Assembly: GCA_964556425.1 (NCBI GenBank)
Contig: CAZKWC010000006.1
Location: forward strand, 2,622-66,621
Direction: 5' to 3'
Length of the DNA: 64,000 nucleotides
Source of the DNA: an uncultured Limnohabitans sp.
GTDB taxonomy: Bacteria; Pseudomonadota; Gammaproteobacteria; Burkholderiales; Burkholderiaceae_C
Part shown: piece after piece, positions 1 through 11,580 of the stretch
Position numbering within the stretch: position 1 is the stretch's first letter
How the letters are laid out: each line of letters begins with the position of its first letter
Program-made: the position numbers and the translations under genes
The notes under the pieces: model-generated
The model's database searches: none
What the model saw: only the letters and a program-made list of their open reading frames with translations
Told to the model about the DNA's origin: nothing

Positions 1-2
1 CA

Positions 3-980
3 GTGAAAGACTATGTAGTTTCTATTAAAGGTCCATTAACTACACCAGTAGGCGGCGGTATTCGTTCTTTAAACGTGGCATTACGTCAAGAGCTTGACCT
101 TTATGTTTGCTTGCGTCCTATTCAATACTTTGACGGTGTTCCATCACCTGTTAAAGAGCCACAAAAAACCAATATGGTGATCTTCCGTGAAAACTCAGAA
201 GACATCTATGCAGGTATTGAGTTTGAAGCTGAATCCGAAAAAGCTAAAAAAGTCATTAAATTCTTGCGTGAAGAAATGGGCGTTACTAAAATCCGTTTCC
301 CAGAAACTTCTGGTATCGGTATTAAGCCCGTTTCAAAAGAAGGTACACAACGTTTGGTTCGTAAAGCCATTCAGTACGCTATTGACAACAACAAACCAAG
401 CGTAACGATTGTTCACAAAGGCAACATCATGAAATTCACCGAAGGTGGTTTCCGTGATTGGTCTTACGAATTAGCAGCTAGCGAATTCGGTGGCGAGTTA
501 ATCGATGGCGGTCCATGGATGAAAATTGTTAATCCAAAAACTGGCAAAGAAATCGTTATTAAAGACAGCATTGCTGACGCATTCTTGCAACAAATTTTGT
601 TACGCCCAGCTGAATATTCTGTTATTGCAACATTAAACCTGAACGGTGACTATGTTTCTGACGCTTTAGCAGCTCAAGTGGGTGGTATTGGTATTGCTCC
701 TGGCGCTAATTTGTCTGACACCATTGCGATGTTTGAAGCTACCCACGGTACAGCTCCAAAATACGCAGGTAAAGATTATGTGAACCCAGGTTCAGAAATT
801 TTATCTGCCGAAATGATGTTGCGTCACATGGGCTGGGTAGAAGCAGCTGACCTTATCATTGAATCAATGAAACGTTCTATTAACAGCCGTAAAGTGACTT
901 ATGACTTTGCCCGTTTAATGGAAGGTGCAACTCAAGTGAGCTGCTCTGGTTTCGGTCAAGTAATGATCGACCACATGTAA
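3..980 (+). CDS. icd: NADP-dependent isocitrate dehydrogenase, C-terminal ~325 aa (5' end lies outside the window)
   Basis: The ORF is open at the window start. The translation has Icd-type motifs [32 protein letters not shown] and [26 protein letters not shown] hairpin plus T-run follows. Confidence 0.95.
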   Translation: MKDYVVSIKGPLTTPVGGGIRSLNVALRQELDLYVCLRPIQYFDGVPSPVKEPQKTNMVIFRENSEDIYAGIEFEAESEKAKKVIKFLREEMGVTKIRFPETSGIGIKPVSKEGTQRLVRKAIQYAIDNNKPSVTIVHKGNIMKFTEGGFRDWSYELAASEFGGELIDGGPWMKIVNPKTGKEIVIKDSIADAFLQQILLRPAEYSVIATLNLNGDYVSDALAAQVGGIGIAPGANLSDTIAMFEATHGTAPKYAGKDYVNPGSEILSAEMMLRHMGWVEAADLIIESMKRSINSRKVTYDFARLMEGATQVSCSGFGQVMIDHM

Positions 981-1042
981 TAGATATATACGAAGCTGGA
1001 AATCCACTACCTTGCGTAGTTGAACCAGTTGAGTTATTTTTA

Positions 1043-1078
1043 AAAACCACCAAACAAATGGGTTTGGTGGTTTTTTTA
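1043..1078 (+). terminator. Rho-independent terminator after icd
   Basis: Stem CCACCAAAC/GTTTGGTGG is flanked by an A-run and followed by TTTTTTT. Confidence 0.8.
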
Positions 1079-1385
1079 TTTTTAGCCCTTGTGATTTAAA
1101 GTTTGGGTCTTAAATGCATCACTGTTCTAGAATAAGAAAAGCGAAAGCGATTGATAATAGAAATAGCCAGACATATTGAACAGGTTAATCTATTATTTTT
1201 TACTTTTTTTCAAAAAAAGTGATAAATTGTGAGCCGTTTCATAAAATAAAGTGACATGTTGCGAAACTCAAGTCGCGCAGGCTAGGGTCATAATTGGAAT
1301 GGTTGATTGGTCGGATGTTATTTACCCCTAGATATTTTTATGGGTAAAAAAACAACTCAATCAACTTTCCTAGTAACTACTATGA

Positions 1386-1844
1386 ATGCGCTTAAGGGAT
1401 TTGCTGCAGGTTGCAAAATATAAAGGTAAGACAGTTGTGAAATTTTTACAGGAAATTCAATCGGACAGCATTGATTTGTCGGCATGGCAAAACTCAGACA
1501 CACCGCCATTTTTGCCTCCAAAAGCACCCGCCGATAATGGCAATGATGCAGGCAATGTGGTGTTAGAGCGCCAGCGTCAGAAAATTGCCCCACCCTCCAT
1601 GTATCAAGTCGTCATGCTAAATGATGACTATACCCCTATGGAGTTTGTGGTTTTAGTGATTCAATCGGTATTTGCAAAGGACATTGAAACAGCAACACAA
1701 ATTATGTTAAAAATACATGTTGAAGGAAGAGCGGTTTGTGGGGTTTATACCCAAGATATTGCCACTTCTAAAGCCACTCAAGTAATGGAGTTGGCACAAA
1801 GTGAAGGTCACCCTTTGCAATGTATAAGTGAACCGGTTGCCTAA
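1386..1844 (+). CDS. clpS: ATP-dependent Clp protease adaptor ClpS (start uncertain)
   Basis: The C-terminal ~85 aa match the ClpS core ([28 protein letters not shown]...GHPLQC). ATG 1386 gives 152 aa, about 45 aa longer than usual, with no clear RBS. An internal GTG or TTG start is possible. Confidence 0.85.
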   Translation: MRLRDLLQVAKYKGKTVVKFLQEIQSDSIDLSAWQNSDTPPFLPPKAPADNGNDAGNVVLERQRQKIAPPSMYQVVMLNDDYTPMEFVVLVIQSVFAKDIETATQIMLKIHVEGRAVCGVYTQDIATSKATQVMELAQSEGHPLQCISEPVA

Positions 1845-2313
1845 CTAATAATTGGTAAACGGTTGGATAATCAAAAAATTCAAGTTGCAGAACTGAAAGC
1901 TTTAACACTTCAATGATTAGCTCCTTGAATATAACATTTGATAGTTTTAGGAAGACTTTGATTCAATCTTTTAGAATTTATTGTAGAAAAATGAATACTT
2001 TAAAGAAATTAGTCGGTTGTTGAATTAATATTCGGTTATTAGATATAAATTTATTTTGAAGATTGTTTTCTAAGATACAAATTTTAATGTTGGTGAACCA
2101 TTAAGGAAGCTGTAGTATTTGATAATAGAAGCGTTAATGAGGCGATTAAAAAGACAGTTAGCTAGACGTGTTCTCACTTTAAACGGTAAAAAACACATCT
2201 TCTTTTGCTAGATAACCGTCCAATTGAGCTTCATAAAAGTTTTATTAAATGGTGTTACAGGCTCTTTAAGTAGTAAGTGAAAGTGCAAATTTAAAGGCTA
2301 AAAAGGATCGACT

Positions 2314-4653
2314 ATGATTGCGCAAGAATTAGAAGTAAGTTTGCACATGGCTTTTGTCGAAGCTCGTCAAAAGCGCCATGAGTTTATTACCGTTGAGCAT
2401 TTGTTATTGGCATTGCTAGACAACCCAAGTGCACAAGACGTATTAAAAGCCTGTGCAGTAAATATTAATGAGTTAAGAAAATCACTCACCAATTTCATCA
2501 CCGAGCATACCCCGCAAGTAGAGGGTACCGAAGAGGTGGATACACAGCCCACACTGGGTTTTCAAAGGGTGATTCAACGTGCCATTATGCATGTTCAATC
2601 CACTGCGAGTGGTAAAAAAGAAGTGGTGGGCGCCAATGTTTTAGTTGCCATTTACGGCGAAAAAGACTCTCATGCGGTGTATTATTTGCACCAGCAAGGT
2701 GTGGCTCGCCTTGATGTAGTGAATTATTTGGCCCATGGTATTCGCAAGGGCGACAATCCAGAGGCTGCTAAACCCAATAATGAAGCTACCCCTGAGCAAG
2801 AGCAAGAGGGCAGCGATAAAGCTGAACGTGCAACCGCATTAGACCAATTCACCCAAAACCTTAATCAATTGGCTAAAGAGGGCAAAATTGATCCCCTCAT
2901 CGGTCGTGATTTTGAAGTAGAGCGAACCATACAAATTTTATGCCGTAGGCGTAAAAACAATCCTATGTTGGTGGGCGAAGCAGGCGTGGGTAAAACGGCT
3001 ATTGCTGAAGGTTTGGCTTGGCGTATTACCCAAGGCACAGTGCCAGAAATTCTAAAAGACGCAGAAGTGTTTTCTTTAGATATGGGTGCTTTGTTGGCGG
3101 GTACTAAATACCGCGGTGATTTCGAACAGCGCTTAAAAGCGGTCATGAAATGCCTCAAAGACAAACCCTCTAGCGTTTTGTTCATTGATGAAATCCACAC
3201 CTTGATTGGTGCAGGTGCTGCCTCTGGTGGCACTATGGATGCTTCCAATTTGCTTAAACCAGCTCTTAGCTCTGGCCAATTAAAATGTATTGGTGCGACT
3301 ACCTTTACTGAATACCGCTCCATTTTCGAAAAAGATGCTGCCCTGTCGCGTCGCTTCCAAAAAATTGATGTGGTAGAGCCTACGGTTGCTGAAACAGTAG
3401 AAATTTTAAAAGGCTTAAAGTCACGCTTTGAAGAGCATCATGGCGTTAAATACGCAGTGTCTGCCCTACAGGCAGCAGCCGAATTAAGTGCCCGTTACAT
3501 CAACGATAGACATTTGCCCGATAAGGCCATTGATGTGATTGATGAAGCTGGTGCTGCACAACGTGTTTTAGTGGCTTCTAAACGGAAAAAAGTAATTTCT
3601 AAAACGGAAGTAGAAGAAATTGTTGCCAAAATTGCGCGTATTCCACCCGCCAGTGTCAGCAATAACGACCGTAGTAAATTACAAACCCTAGAGCGTGATT
3701 TAAAAAGCGTGGTGTTTGGTCAAGACAAAGCACTTGATGTGCTGGCTTCTGCTGTCAAAATGGCTCGTTCTGGCCTTGGTAAGGTCGACAAACCAATCGG
3801 TAGCTTTTTGTTTAGTGGCCCAACCGGTGTGGGCAAAACCGAAGCGGCTAAACAATTAGCTTATATTTTGGGCATTGAACTAATTCGTTTTGATATGTCA
3901 GAGTATATGGAGCGCCATGCAGTGAGCCGTTTGATAGGTGCACCTCCAGGTTATGTTGGCTTTGACCAAGGTGGTTTATTAACCGAGGCGGTCACTAAAA
4001 AACCGCATTGTGTTTTATTACTAGACGAGATTGAAAAAGCGCATCCCGATATATTCAATGTCTTGTTGCAAGTTATGGATCACGGAACCCTTACCGACAA
4101 TAATGGTCGCAAGGCGGACTTCCGTAATGTCATTATTATAATGACGACCAATGCTGGCGCCGAGACCATGAATAAGGCTACTATTGGCTTTACTAATCCG
4201 CGTGAAGTAGGTGATGAAATGGCTGATTTAAAACGCCTATTCAGCCCTGAATTCCGTAACCGCCTAGATGCTCAAGTGAGCTTCAAACCACTCGATGAAA
4301 ATATTATTTTACGTGTGGTCGATAAGTTCTTATTGCAACTTGAAACTCAACTCGCAGAGAAAAAAGTCGAAGTCTCTTTCACCGACAATTTGCGTCGCTA
4401 CTTAGCCAAAAAAGGTTTCGATCCACTCATGGGTGCAAGGCCAATGCAACGCCTTATCCAAGATATGATTCGCCGTGCTTTGGCCGATGAATTATTATTT
4501 GGACGCTTAGTCGATGGCGGTCGCTTAATTGTAGATGTAATAGTTACCCAAGACGAAAAAGGAGTTGATCAAGGTGAAGTCAAATTAGAAATTACTCCTT
4601 TACCTAAAAAAGAAGGTAAGTCTAAATCTGAACCAGAAAACTCCGTCAATTAA
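2314..4653 (+). CDS. clpA: ATP-dependent Clp protease ATP-binding subunit ClpA
   Basis: 779 aa. It has a Clp N-domain (ITVEHLLLALL) and two AAA+ modules with Walker A GEAGVGKT and GPTGVGKT and Walker B LFIDEIH and LLLDEIEKAH. Confidence 0.97.
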   Translation: MIAQELEVSLHMAFVEARQKRHEFITVEHLLLALLDNPSAQDVLKACAVNINELRKSLTNFITEHTPQVEGTEEVDTQPTLGFQRVIQRAIMHVQSTASGKKEVVGANVLVAIYGEKDSHAVYYLHQQGVARLDVVNYLAHGIRKGDNPEAAKPNNEATPEQEQEGSDKAERATALDQFTQNLNQLAKEGKIDPLIGRDFEVERTIQILCRRRKNNPMLVGEAGVGKTAIAEGLAWRITQGTVPEILKDAEVFSLDMGALLAGTKYRGDFEQRLKAVMKCLKDKPSSVLFIDEIHTLIGAGAASGGTMDASNLLKPALSSGQLKCIGATTFTEYRSIFEKDAALSRRFQKIDVVEPTVAETVEILKGLKSRFEEHHGVKYAVSALQAAAELSARYINDRHLPDKAIDVIDEAGAAQRVLVASKRKKVISKTEVEEIVAKIARIPPASVSNNDRSKLQTLERDLKSVVFGQDKALDVLASAVKMARSGLGKVDKPIGSFLFSGPTGVGKTEAAKQLAYILGIELIRFDMSEYMERHAVSRLIGAPPGYVGFDQGGLLTEAVTKKPHCVLLLDEIEKAHPDIFNVLLQVMDHGTLTDNNGRKADFRNVIIIMTTNAGAETMNKATIGFTNPREVGDEMADLKRLFSPEFRNRLDAQVSFKPLDENIILRVVDKFLLQLETQLAEKKVEVSFTDNLRRYLAKKGFDPLMGARPMQRLIQDMIRRALADELLFGRLVDGGRLIVDVIVTQDEKGVDQGEVKLEITPLPKKEGKSKSEPENSVN

Positions 4654-4777
4654 TGACGTGCAAATGGTATTTTTTGAATTTATTTCCAGCCTAGCTAGTT
4701 TTACAACAAAGCGACTAGGCTAGAAAATAAATACATTGAATTACCTAGCTTCATAAATTTTATTGTGTATGCTTACA

Positions 4778-4809
4778 AGCCAGCCCCTTTTTTTGGGCTG
4801 GCTTTTTTT
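4778..4809 (+). terminator. Rho-independent terminator after clpA
   Basis: Stem AGCCAGCCC/GGGCTGGCT is followed by TTTTTTT. Confidence 0.8.
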
Positions 4810-4827
4810 ATTGGGGGTTGGTAAACC

Positions 4828-6300
4828 ATGACAATGACTTTTTTATGGCATGACTATGAAACTTTTGGAATTAGTCCTAGGCGTGATCGGCCCTCTCAGT
4901 TTGCCGCAATTCGTACCGATGCTGACCTCAATGAAATCGGTGAACCGATTAATATTTTTTGTCAAATTCCTGATGATTATTTACCCGACCCAGTTGCTTG
5001 TTTGTTAACTGGTATTAGCCCACAAAAATGCCAGCAAGAAGGCCTGCCAGAAGCTCAGTTTGCAAGTGTCATAGAGAAAGCTTTAGCTATGCCAGGCACG
5101 GTAGGGGTGGGTTATAACTCGATTCGTTTTGATGATGAAGTAACCCGATTTTTATTTTGGCGCAATTTAATCGATCCCTACTCGCGTGAGTGGCGTAACC
5201 AATGTGGGCGTTGGGATATTTTAGATATGGTCAGAACCGTTTATGCTTTAAGGCCTAACACCCTTCAATGGCCTCTTAAACCAGACGGTAAACCGAGTTT
5301 TAAACTAGAGAATTTATCGGTAGCCAATGGTTTGATTCATGAAGCAGCTCATGATGCTCTCTCTGATGTAAGAGCAACGATTGGTCTGGCAAGACTAATT
5401 AAACAAAGACAACCCAAGTTATTTGATTTTTGCTTAAGCCTGCGCAAAAAAGATAAGGTTCAACAAGAAATGACTTGGCCGTCTCAAAGACCTTTTCTGC
5501 ATGTGTCGGGTCGATTTCCCATCGAAAGAGGCGCTATGGCTTGGATGTGGCCCTTGGCAGAGCATCCTAAAAATAAGAATGAAATCATCGCTTGGGATTT
5601 AGCTTATGACCCTAGTATTTTGGCTCAGTTAAGTCCACAAGAGATTAGAGACCGGATGTACATGACCAATGAGCAACTTGCGCAAAATGGTTGGCAACGT
5701 TTAGCTTTTAAATCTATTCATATTAATAAAAGTCCGGTGGTGATTGCTAACCCCAAGGTAATGAGCCCAGAAACAGCTACTCAATATGGTTTTGACAACC
5801 ATGCTTTGTATGACGACCATTTACAAAAAGCACAAAGTTTAGTACTTCAAGCAGATTTTTGGGAAAAAATTTGGCTACCGTTTGAGTCCACTGAAAATGA
5901 TGTGGAGGAGGATTTGTACAATGGATTTTTAAGTAATGAAGACCGAAGGAAGCTTGATTTTTATCGTACCTTGACGCCCGACGAGTTGGCTCTTAAAAGT
6001 AAAGCCTTTGATGATGAAAGGTTAGAAGAGTTGCTGTTTCGTTATCGTTGTAAAAATCACTATACGTTTTTAAGCAATGAAGAGAAGCAAATTTGGCTTG
6101 AGCATTGCATTAATCGCATGACCAAGCCAAGTATTATTTTCAGGAATTTGGATGCTTTTATTGCTGAAATTCAAAGCTTAGAAATCGATGTAATGCAGCA
6201 AATGGAGGGCGATAAAAAAACTAAGCAGTTAGAGCTTCTAATCAATTTGAAACAGTTTGCCGAGCAAAGAGCAAAAATATTTCAAATTGTTTCAAAGTAG
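4828..6300 (+). CDS. sbcB: Exodeoxyribonuclease I
   Basis: 490 aa. DEDDh exonuclease motifs are present (FLWHDYETFG, YNSIRFDDE, HDALSDV). It is colinear with E. coli SbcB, including the C-terminal SH3-like/helical region. Confidence 0.93.
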   Translation: MTMTFLWHDYETFGISPRRDRPSQFAAIRTDADLNEIGEPINIFCQIPDDYLPDPVACLLTGISPQKCQQEGLPEAQFASVIEKALAMPGTVGVGYNSIRFDDEVTRFLFWRNLIDPYSREWRNQCGRWDILDMVRTVYALRPNTLQWPLKPDGKPSFKLENLSVANGLIHEAAHDALSDVRATIGLARLIKQRQPKLFDFCLSLRKKDKVQQEMTWPSQRPFLHVSGRFPIERGAMAWMWPLAEHPKNKNEIIAWDLAYDPSILAQLSPQEIRDRMYMTNEQLAQNGWQRLAFKSIHINKSPVVIANPKVMSPETATQYGFDNHALYDDHLQKAQSLVLQADFWEKIWLPFESTENDVEEDLYNGFLSNEDRRKLDFYRTLTPDELALKSKAFDDERLEELLFRYRCKNHYTFLSNEEKQIWLEHCINRMTKPSIIFRNLDAFIAEIQSLEIDVMQQMEGDKKTKQLELLINLKQFAEQRAKIFQIVSK

Positions 6301-6388
6301 TACTATTACAACAAAAATTATTAAAAACTAATTTTTGAGAGGAGTGTTGCTAAGGCAACTGCTTATTAAAACCCTTAAATGGTACTAG

Positions 6389-6898
6389 TTATTCGTTTAC
6401 AGAGGGAATAGTGCTTAGATAGGCAGCACGTAATTCTTCTACTCGCTTACGATTAATGCGAAAGTCATTTCGCCCAAGCCGACTTGCTGATCGAATTTGA
6501 ATTAAATTATTGGGTGCATCAAAAAACATTTCAAGATCATCCACAAAACGCAGTTTTAAACTTTCACATTCAGCATGTAAATAATATTTATCTTGTTTAA
6601 TCACTTTAATACCCCGCATGGCATTAAGCAGACCACCAAGTCTTAATAAAGATTGCTCTGCATTTTCATTGAGGACTGGAAATGCTTCAACAGAAGCATA
6701 TTTGGCCTGCGGATGTTCAGGGTAATAATGAGCTTGGCTACTCACACTATTGGGCGTAACAGAGGGAGTTTTTAGTCGATTATTATGTACACCTAAGTCT
6801 CCAGGAGGTTTACCTCTTAGCAGTCCAAGTTGACCTGCTAACCAAAATAAACCAATTACTATGACAACAAACAGAAACAAGTATCTAAGGGCGAGCAT
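6389..6898 (-). CDS. DUF1499-family membrane-anchored protein
   Basis: 169 aa with an N-terminal TM helix. The pattern PNSVSSQA ... FVDDLEMFF ... RSASRLGRNDFRINRKRVEELR is typical of DUF1499. Confidence 0.7.
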   Translation of the reverse strand: MLALRYLFLFVVIVIGLFWLAGQLGLLRGKPPGDLGVHNNRLKTPSVTPNSVSSQAHYYPEHPQAKYASVEAFPVLNENAEQSLLRLGGLLNAMRGIKVIKQDKYYLHAECESLKLRFVDDLEMFFDAPNNLIQIRSASRLGRNDFRINRKRVEELRAAYLSTIPSVNE

Positions 6899-7096
6899 TG
6901 CAAAAAATCCTTTGGTTAAGTAAGCTGAAAAGTCATTATTTAGTGCGTTTATTATGCGATTAGCATCGGCTTTATTAGAGGCAAATCAAACCTTGTACTA
7001 GCAGGTAGTTGAAAAATTTGCCCACGACCGTTTTCTATTTTCGCAAGATAGTTACTTCTACTGACTGACACTAAAGCTTCTTGAAGTTTATCAATT

Positions 7097-8608
7097 CTAT
7101 CGAGAGCTTTTACCCATAATACTACCAAGAACCCCCCGTAAAATTTGTTTACCTACTTCTCGGCCAATTGCGCTTGCTGCACTTTTAACCAATTGTTGAC
7201 CAGGGCTCATACGCCTACCCCCCGACCCAGAGCCAAATAACTCACCAATACTACCTAACCAACCGCTATTTTGATTATCAGGAGTTGCAGAAGTATTTTT
7301 TGAAGTGTCGGTATTTGAGTTGGTATTTTCAGTATTTTTACCCTTTATTAATTCATACGCCGATTCTCTGTCAATTAATTTTTCATATACGCCATATACC
7401 AGTGAGTTTTGTACAAGTGTCTGGCGTTGCTCGGCGGTGATAGGGCCAATTTGTGAGGCGGGTGGCAATACATAAACCCGTTCTGTAATGGCAGGGCGAC
7501 CTTTGTCATCTAAAAAGCTTACCAAGGCTTCGCCAACCCCTAGTTCAGTAATGACATTTTCAATGTCCAACTCTGGATTAGCCCGCATGGTTTGAGCGGC
7601 CGATTTAACTGCTTTTTGGTCCTTAGGGGTAAAAGCTCTTAATGCATGTTGCACTCGATTACCAAGCTGAGCTAAAACGGTATCGGGAATATCGATAGGG
7701 TTTTGTGTGACAAAAAATACACCCACACCTTTACTTCGAACTAAACGCACCACTAACTCAATTCTTTCAATCAGTACCTTGGGAGCATCGTTAAACAACA
7801 AATGTGCTTCATCAAAAAAGAATACTAATTTGGGCTTATCTAGGTCACCTACCTCGGGTAAGTTTTCAAATAATTCGCTTAATAACCATAATAAAAAAGT
7901 AGCATAAAGGCGTGGCGAGTTCATGAGTTGATCGGCTGCCAGTACATTGATCATGCCTAAACCTTTGTCATCGGTTTGCATAAGGTCGGCAATATTAAGC
8001 ATAGGTTCGCCAAAAAACGAATCTCCACCTTGTTGTTCGATTTGTAATAATCCCCTTTGTATGGCTCCAATACTGGCGGCACTTACATTGCCATACTCAG
8101 TGGTAAATTCACTAGCGTTTTCACCGACCCACTGGCACATGGCACGCAAGTCTTTCATATCCAAGAGTAGCAAACCATCGTCATCGGCAATTTTAAATAC
8201 CAGCTGCAATACTCCAGCTTGAGTTTCATTGAGATTGAGCATCCGGGCCAATAACAAAGGGCCCATGTCGCTAATGGTGGCTCTTAAGGGATGGCCTTGT
8301 TTACCAAACACATCCCAAACGGTACATGGGAAGGCTTGAAATTGGGGCATTTCAAAACCGCGTTCGCTTAGAATTTTGGTTAATTTTTCAGAGCTCTTAC
8401 CTGGCTGTGAAATGCCTGTTAGGTCGCCTTTGATATCGGCCATAAACACAGGAACCCCTAGGCTAGAAAAATTTTCCGCCATATTTTGTAGCGTAATTGT
8501 CTTACCGGTTCCCGTTGCACCTGTTATGAGGCCATGTCGGTTCGATTTATCACCTCTTAAATAGCATTTTGAGTGATTATTTGCGCCAATTAGCATTGCG
8601 TTGTCCAT
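7097..8608 (-). CDS. HerA-like P-loop NTPase, YjgR/DUF853 family
   Basis: Walker A GATGTGKT and Walker B FFFDEAH are present, and the protein is colinear with E. coli YjgR. ATG 8608 (MDNAMLIG...) is preferred over the ORF-track start at 8629. There is an N/T/S/G-rich C-terminal tail. Confidence 0.8.
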   Translation of the reverse strand: MDNAMLIGANNHSKCYLRGDKSNRHGLITGATGTGKTITLQNMAENFSSLGVPVFMADIKGDLTGISQPGKSSEKLTKILSERGFEMPQFQAFPCTVWDVFGKQGHPLRATISDMGPLLLARMLNLNETQAGVLQLVFKIADDDGLLLLDMKDLRAMCQWVGENASEFTTEYGNVSAASIGAIQRGLLQIEQQGGDSFFGEPMLNIADLMQTDDKGLGMINVLAADQLMNSPRLYATFLLWLLSELFENLPEVGDLDKPKLVFFFDEAHLLFNDAPKVLIERIELVVRLVRSKGVGVFFVTQNPIDIPDTVLAQLGNRVQHALRAFTPKDQKAVKSAAQTMRANPELDIENVITELGVGEALVSFLDDKGRPAITERVYVLPPASQIGPITAEQRQTLVQNSLVYGVYEKLIDRESAYELIKGKNTENTNSNTDTSKNTSATPDNQNSGWLGSIGELFGSGSGGRRMSPGQQLVKSAASAIGREVGKQILRGVLGSIMGKSSR

Positions 8609-8666
8609 TTGTAAACCTCGAAAGTACAATAACGTTATTAATAAACATGAATGTAAGGGAAAAATC

Positions 8667-9392
8667 GTGGCAGGACACTCTAAATGGGCAAATATCCAAC
8701 ACCGTAAAGGTCGTCAAGACGAAAAAAGAGGAAAAATTTGGACACGTGTTATAAGGGAAATTATGGTGGCAGCCCGCACAGGCGGTGGCGACCTTAATGC
8801 TAATCCGCGTTTAAGACTGGCAGTCGATAAGGCAAAAGCAGCCAATATGCCAGCAGACACCGTCAAACGCAATATTGACAAAGCGACAGGTGCCTTAGAG
8901 GGCGTAAGTTATGAAGAAATTCGTTACGAAGGCTATGGAATTGGCGGAGCAGCGGTAATTGTGGATTGTATGACCGATAACCGAGTTAGAACTGTTGCTG
9001 AAGTGAGACACGTATTTTCTAAACATGGTGGCAATATGGGTACTGAGGGTTCTGTTGCCTTTCAATTTAAGCATTGTGGTCAATTAATTTTTGCTCCAGG
9101 TACTAGTGAAGATACTGTCATGGAAGTGGCACTAGAGGCTGGCGCCGAAGACGTGGTAAGCGGTGAAGATGGTAGTATTGAAGTGATTACAGCACCATCC
9201 GACTTTGAGGCCGTACAAAAGGCTTTATTGGCAGCTGGTTTAACAGCAGAATTGCAAGGCGTTACGATGCGAGCCGATAATTCAATTGAGCTAACTGCCG
9301 ATGACGCAGTTAAAATGCAGAAGTTGCTTGATGCACTAGAGGACTTGGATGACACCCAAGATGTTTTTCATAACGCAGAGTTTGACGAATGA
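8667..9392 (+). CDS. yebC: YebC/PmpR-family transcriptional regulator
   Basis: GTG 8667 is preceded by AAGGGA. (V)[17 protein letters not shown] is the canonical YebC N-terminus. The ORF-track start at 8601 is an in-frame upstream extension. Confidence 0.9.
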   Translation: MAGHSKWANIQHRKGRQDEKRGKIWTRVIREIMVAARTGGGDLNANPRLRLAVDKAKAANMPADTVKRNIDKATGALEGVSYEEIRYEGYGIGGAAVIVDCMTDNRVRTVAEVRHVFSKHGGNMGTEGSVAFQFKHCGQLIFAPGTSEDTVMEVALEAGAEDVVSGEDGSIEVITAPSDFEAVQKALLAAGLTAELQGVTMRADNSIELTADDAVKMQKLLDALEDLDDTQDVFHNAEFDE

Positions 9393-10696
9393 ATTTATTA
9401 GTTGTTGGAAGTGGCGGCCGTGAGCACGCCATTGCTTGGCGCTTGTCTCAAGCATCTACCTCGCACAAAGTGTTTGTAGCCCCTGGTAATGGGGGTACAG
9501 CGCTTGATCCCGATTTGCATAACATTGATATTACCAATGTAGTGGCACTTCGCGAGTGGGCGCAGGCTAACCAAATTTCTTTAACAGTGGTGGGCCCAGA
9601 GCAACCCCTGTCCGAAGGCATTGTCGATGAGTTTAGAGCTCATGGTTTGCGTATTTTTGGTCCTACGCAACAAGCTGCACAACTAGAAAGTTCTAAGGCT
9701 TTTTCTAAAGCTTTTATGCAGCGTCATCGTATTCCTACAGCTGCTTACGCTGTTTTTAGCGATGCTGAACTCGCTAAAGCATACGTTGTGCAACAAGGTG
9801 CACCCATTGTGGTTAAAGCCGATGGCTTAGCTGCAGGTAAAGGGGTGGTCGTGGCCATGACGCAAGCAGAAGCATTTGCAGCCATCGATGCCATGATTGG
9901 GCCTGGCGACGGTGCACAAGCCTATGGCATTACGACTAAAAACGGCGAGCAAGCTAGGGTCGTAATTGAAGAGTTCTTAGAAGGCGAAGAAGCTTCTTTT
10001 ATTGTTTTGGTAGATGGCAAAAATATATTACCTTTGGCCACTAGCCAAGATCATAAACGTTTGTTAGATGGTGACATGGGTCCTAACACTGGTGGTATGG
10101 GAGCTTATTCTCCTGCCCCTGTGGTCACACCCGAAATTCATGCCAAGGTGATGCGTGAAATTATTCAGCCTACGGTTAAAGGTATGTTAGCCGATGGTAT
10201 TCAGTACACTGGTTTTTTATATGCTGGTTTAATGATTGGCTCAGATAAAAAAGTGAAAACCTTGGAGTTTAATTGTCGCCTTGGCGACCCTGAAACCCAG
10301 CCAATTTTAATGCGTCTTAAAACCAATTTGTTAGACGTTTTATGGGCGGCTACCGAGCAAGGCCTCGATAAAATCGAACTCGATTGGGATCGTCGTCCTG
10401 CAGTAGGAGTGGTAATGGCAGCCAGTGGTTACCCAGTAAATCCTCGCAAGGGCGATGTGATTAGCGGGCAAAATAATACAAGGCAACAAGAAGAAAATAA
10501 TCCTGAAGTGAAAGTATTTCATGCCGGAACTCGCCTAGACAATGCTGTCTTGACTACCTCTGGTGGCCGTGTATTATGCGTGACTGCATTGGGGGGCTCT
10601 TTAAAAGAGGCCCGCAGAGCTGCGTATCAAGTAGTTGACACTATAGGTTTTGCTGGTGTTCAATATAGGCTTGATATTGGTCACAAGGCCTTATAA
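9389..10696 (+). CDS. purD: Phosphoribosylamine-glycine ligase
   Basis: 435 aa ATP-grasp GAR synthetase ([40 protein letters not shown]). The start overlaps the yebC stop (ATGA). Confidence 0.95.
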   Translation: MNLLVVGSGGREHAIAWRLSQASTSHKVFVAPGNGGTALDPDLHNIDITNVVALREWAQANQISLTVVGPEQPLSEGIVDEFRAHGLRIFGPTQQAAQLESSKAFSKAFMQRHRIPTAAYAVFSDAELAKAYVVQQGAPIVVKADGLAAGKGVVVAMTQAEAFAAIDAMIGPGDGAQAYGITTKNGEQARVVIEEFLEGEEASFIVLVDGKNILPLATSQDHKRLLDGDMGPNTGGMGAYSPAPVVTPEIHAKVMREIIQPTVKGMLADGIQYTGFLYAGLMIGSDKKVKTLEFNCRLGDPETQPILMRLKTNLLDVLWAATEQGLDKIELDWDRRPAVGVVMAASGYPVNPRKGDVISGQNNTRQQEENNPEVKVFHAGTRLDNAVLTTSGGRVLCVTALGGSLKEARRAAYQVVDTIGFAGVQYRLDIGHKAL

Positions 10697-10848
10697 AAGG
10701 CTGAATTTTTGAAGCGATGAAAATTACTTCAAAAGATGAAATGATCGCAAGTTTGCTTATTGAAGCCTTGCGTTATTTCATGTCTTATGGCGTCGGGTCA
10801 AAAATATAAAACCGACTTCAATTAATATTTTTATCATCTTGATTCATT

Positions 10849-11532
10849 ATGATCAAAACTTCAGCCTCATCTTACGAGCCAAGCTCTGATTTTGCCGAGC
10901 CTTATGCGGTGCAATTAACTCAAGGTAGTGCTTTGGCTAAATTCATTTTAAAACTGTTGGGCTGGTCGGTGGACTTTTATGGTTTACCTAGCCGTCAAGG
11001 TGTGATTGCAGTTTATCCGCATACCAGTAATTGGGATTTTATTATTGGCATTTTGGCTAAATGGTCACTGGGCTTACAGGTGAAGTTTTGGGCTAAAGAT
11101 AGCCTCTTTAGAGTACCTGTAATGGGCCCATGGATGAGCTGGTTAGGTGGAGTTCCGGTTAACCGAAAAGCACCCCAAGGTTTAGTTGGGCAAGCAGTCA
11201 GTAGTTTGCAAACAGGTCAGGCTAACAATGATTTTTATTGGTTAGTGGTGGCTCCTGAAGGTACACGTAAGCGCACAGAAGGTTGGCGAAGTGGTTTTTA
11301 TTCTGCAGCGCATCAGGCCAACGTACCATTAGCGATAGCTCGCCTAGATTTTGGCCGTAAAAAAATCACCTTGCACGATTTTTTTCAACTCTCTGGCAAT
11401 ACTGATCAAGACATGCAAAGAGTGGCTAGTTTGTTAGACGGTACAAAAGGAGCAATTCACTCCAATGCATCGCCTGTTTGTATTGCATCTAGTCGTAGTG
11501 TAAAAAATTCCCAAGCCACTTTGTCGCAATAA
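10849..11532 (+). CDS. PlsC/LPLAT-family acyltransferase (1-acyl-sn-glycerol-3-phosphate acyltransferase-like)
   Basis: 227 aa with an HX4D motif (PHTSNWD) and a PEGTR block (VVAPEGTRKR). Confidence 0.75.
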   Translation: MIKTSASSYEPSSDFAEPYAVQLTQGSALAKFILKLLGWSVDFYGLPSRQGVIAVYPHTSNWDFIIGILAKWSLGLQVKFWAKDSLFRVPVMGPWMSWLGGVPVNRKAPQGLVGQAVSSLQTGQANNDFYWLVVAPEGTRKRTEGWRSGFYSAAHQANVPLAIARLDFGRKKITLHDFFQLSGNTDQDMQRVASLLDGTKGAIHSNASPVCIASSRSVKNSQATLSQ

Positions 11533-11580
11533 AAACAATGCGCTTTTGGCTCAGTTTTGTTTTAGTTTTATAAAATTTTT

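Noticed and set aside
2865-3323. 152-aa antisense ORF inside clpA, and similar antisense or alternative-frame ORFs inside other large genes (e.g. 7947-8222, 9080-9355, 30614-30850, 52318-52593, 55843-56299).
   Set aside because: All are fully embedded in strongly supported genes and have no motifs. They are typical shadow ORFs.
8601-8666. Upstream in-frame extensions offered by the ORF track for yebC, rng (14620), tolB (18847), pal (20239), tcdA (21701), the dienelactone hydrolase (24979), the first ACAD (33448), the phosphotransferase (54602) and the 3-hydroxyacyl-CoA dehydrogenase (57183).
   Set aside because: In each case a downstream ATG or GTG with a better RBS reproduces the canonical family N-terminus or signal peptide. 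The extensions overlap upstream genes or intergenic sequence.
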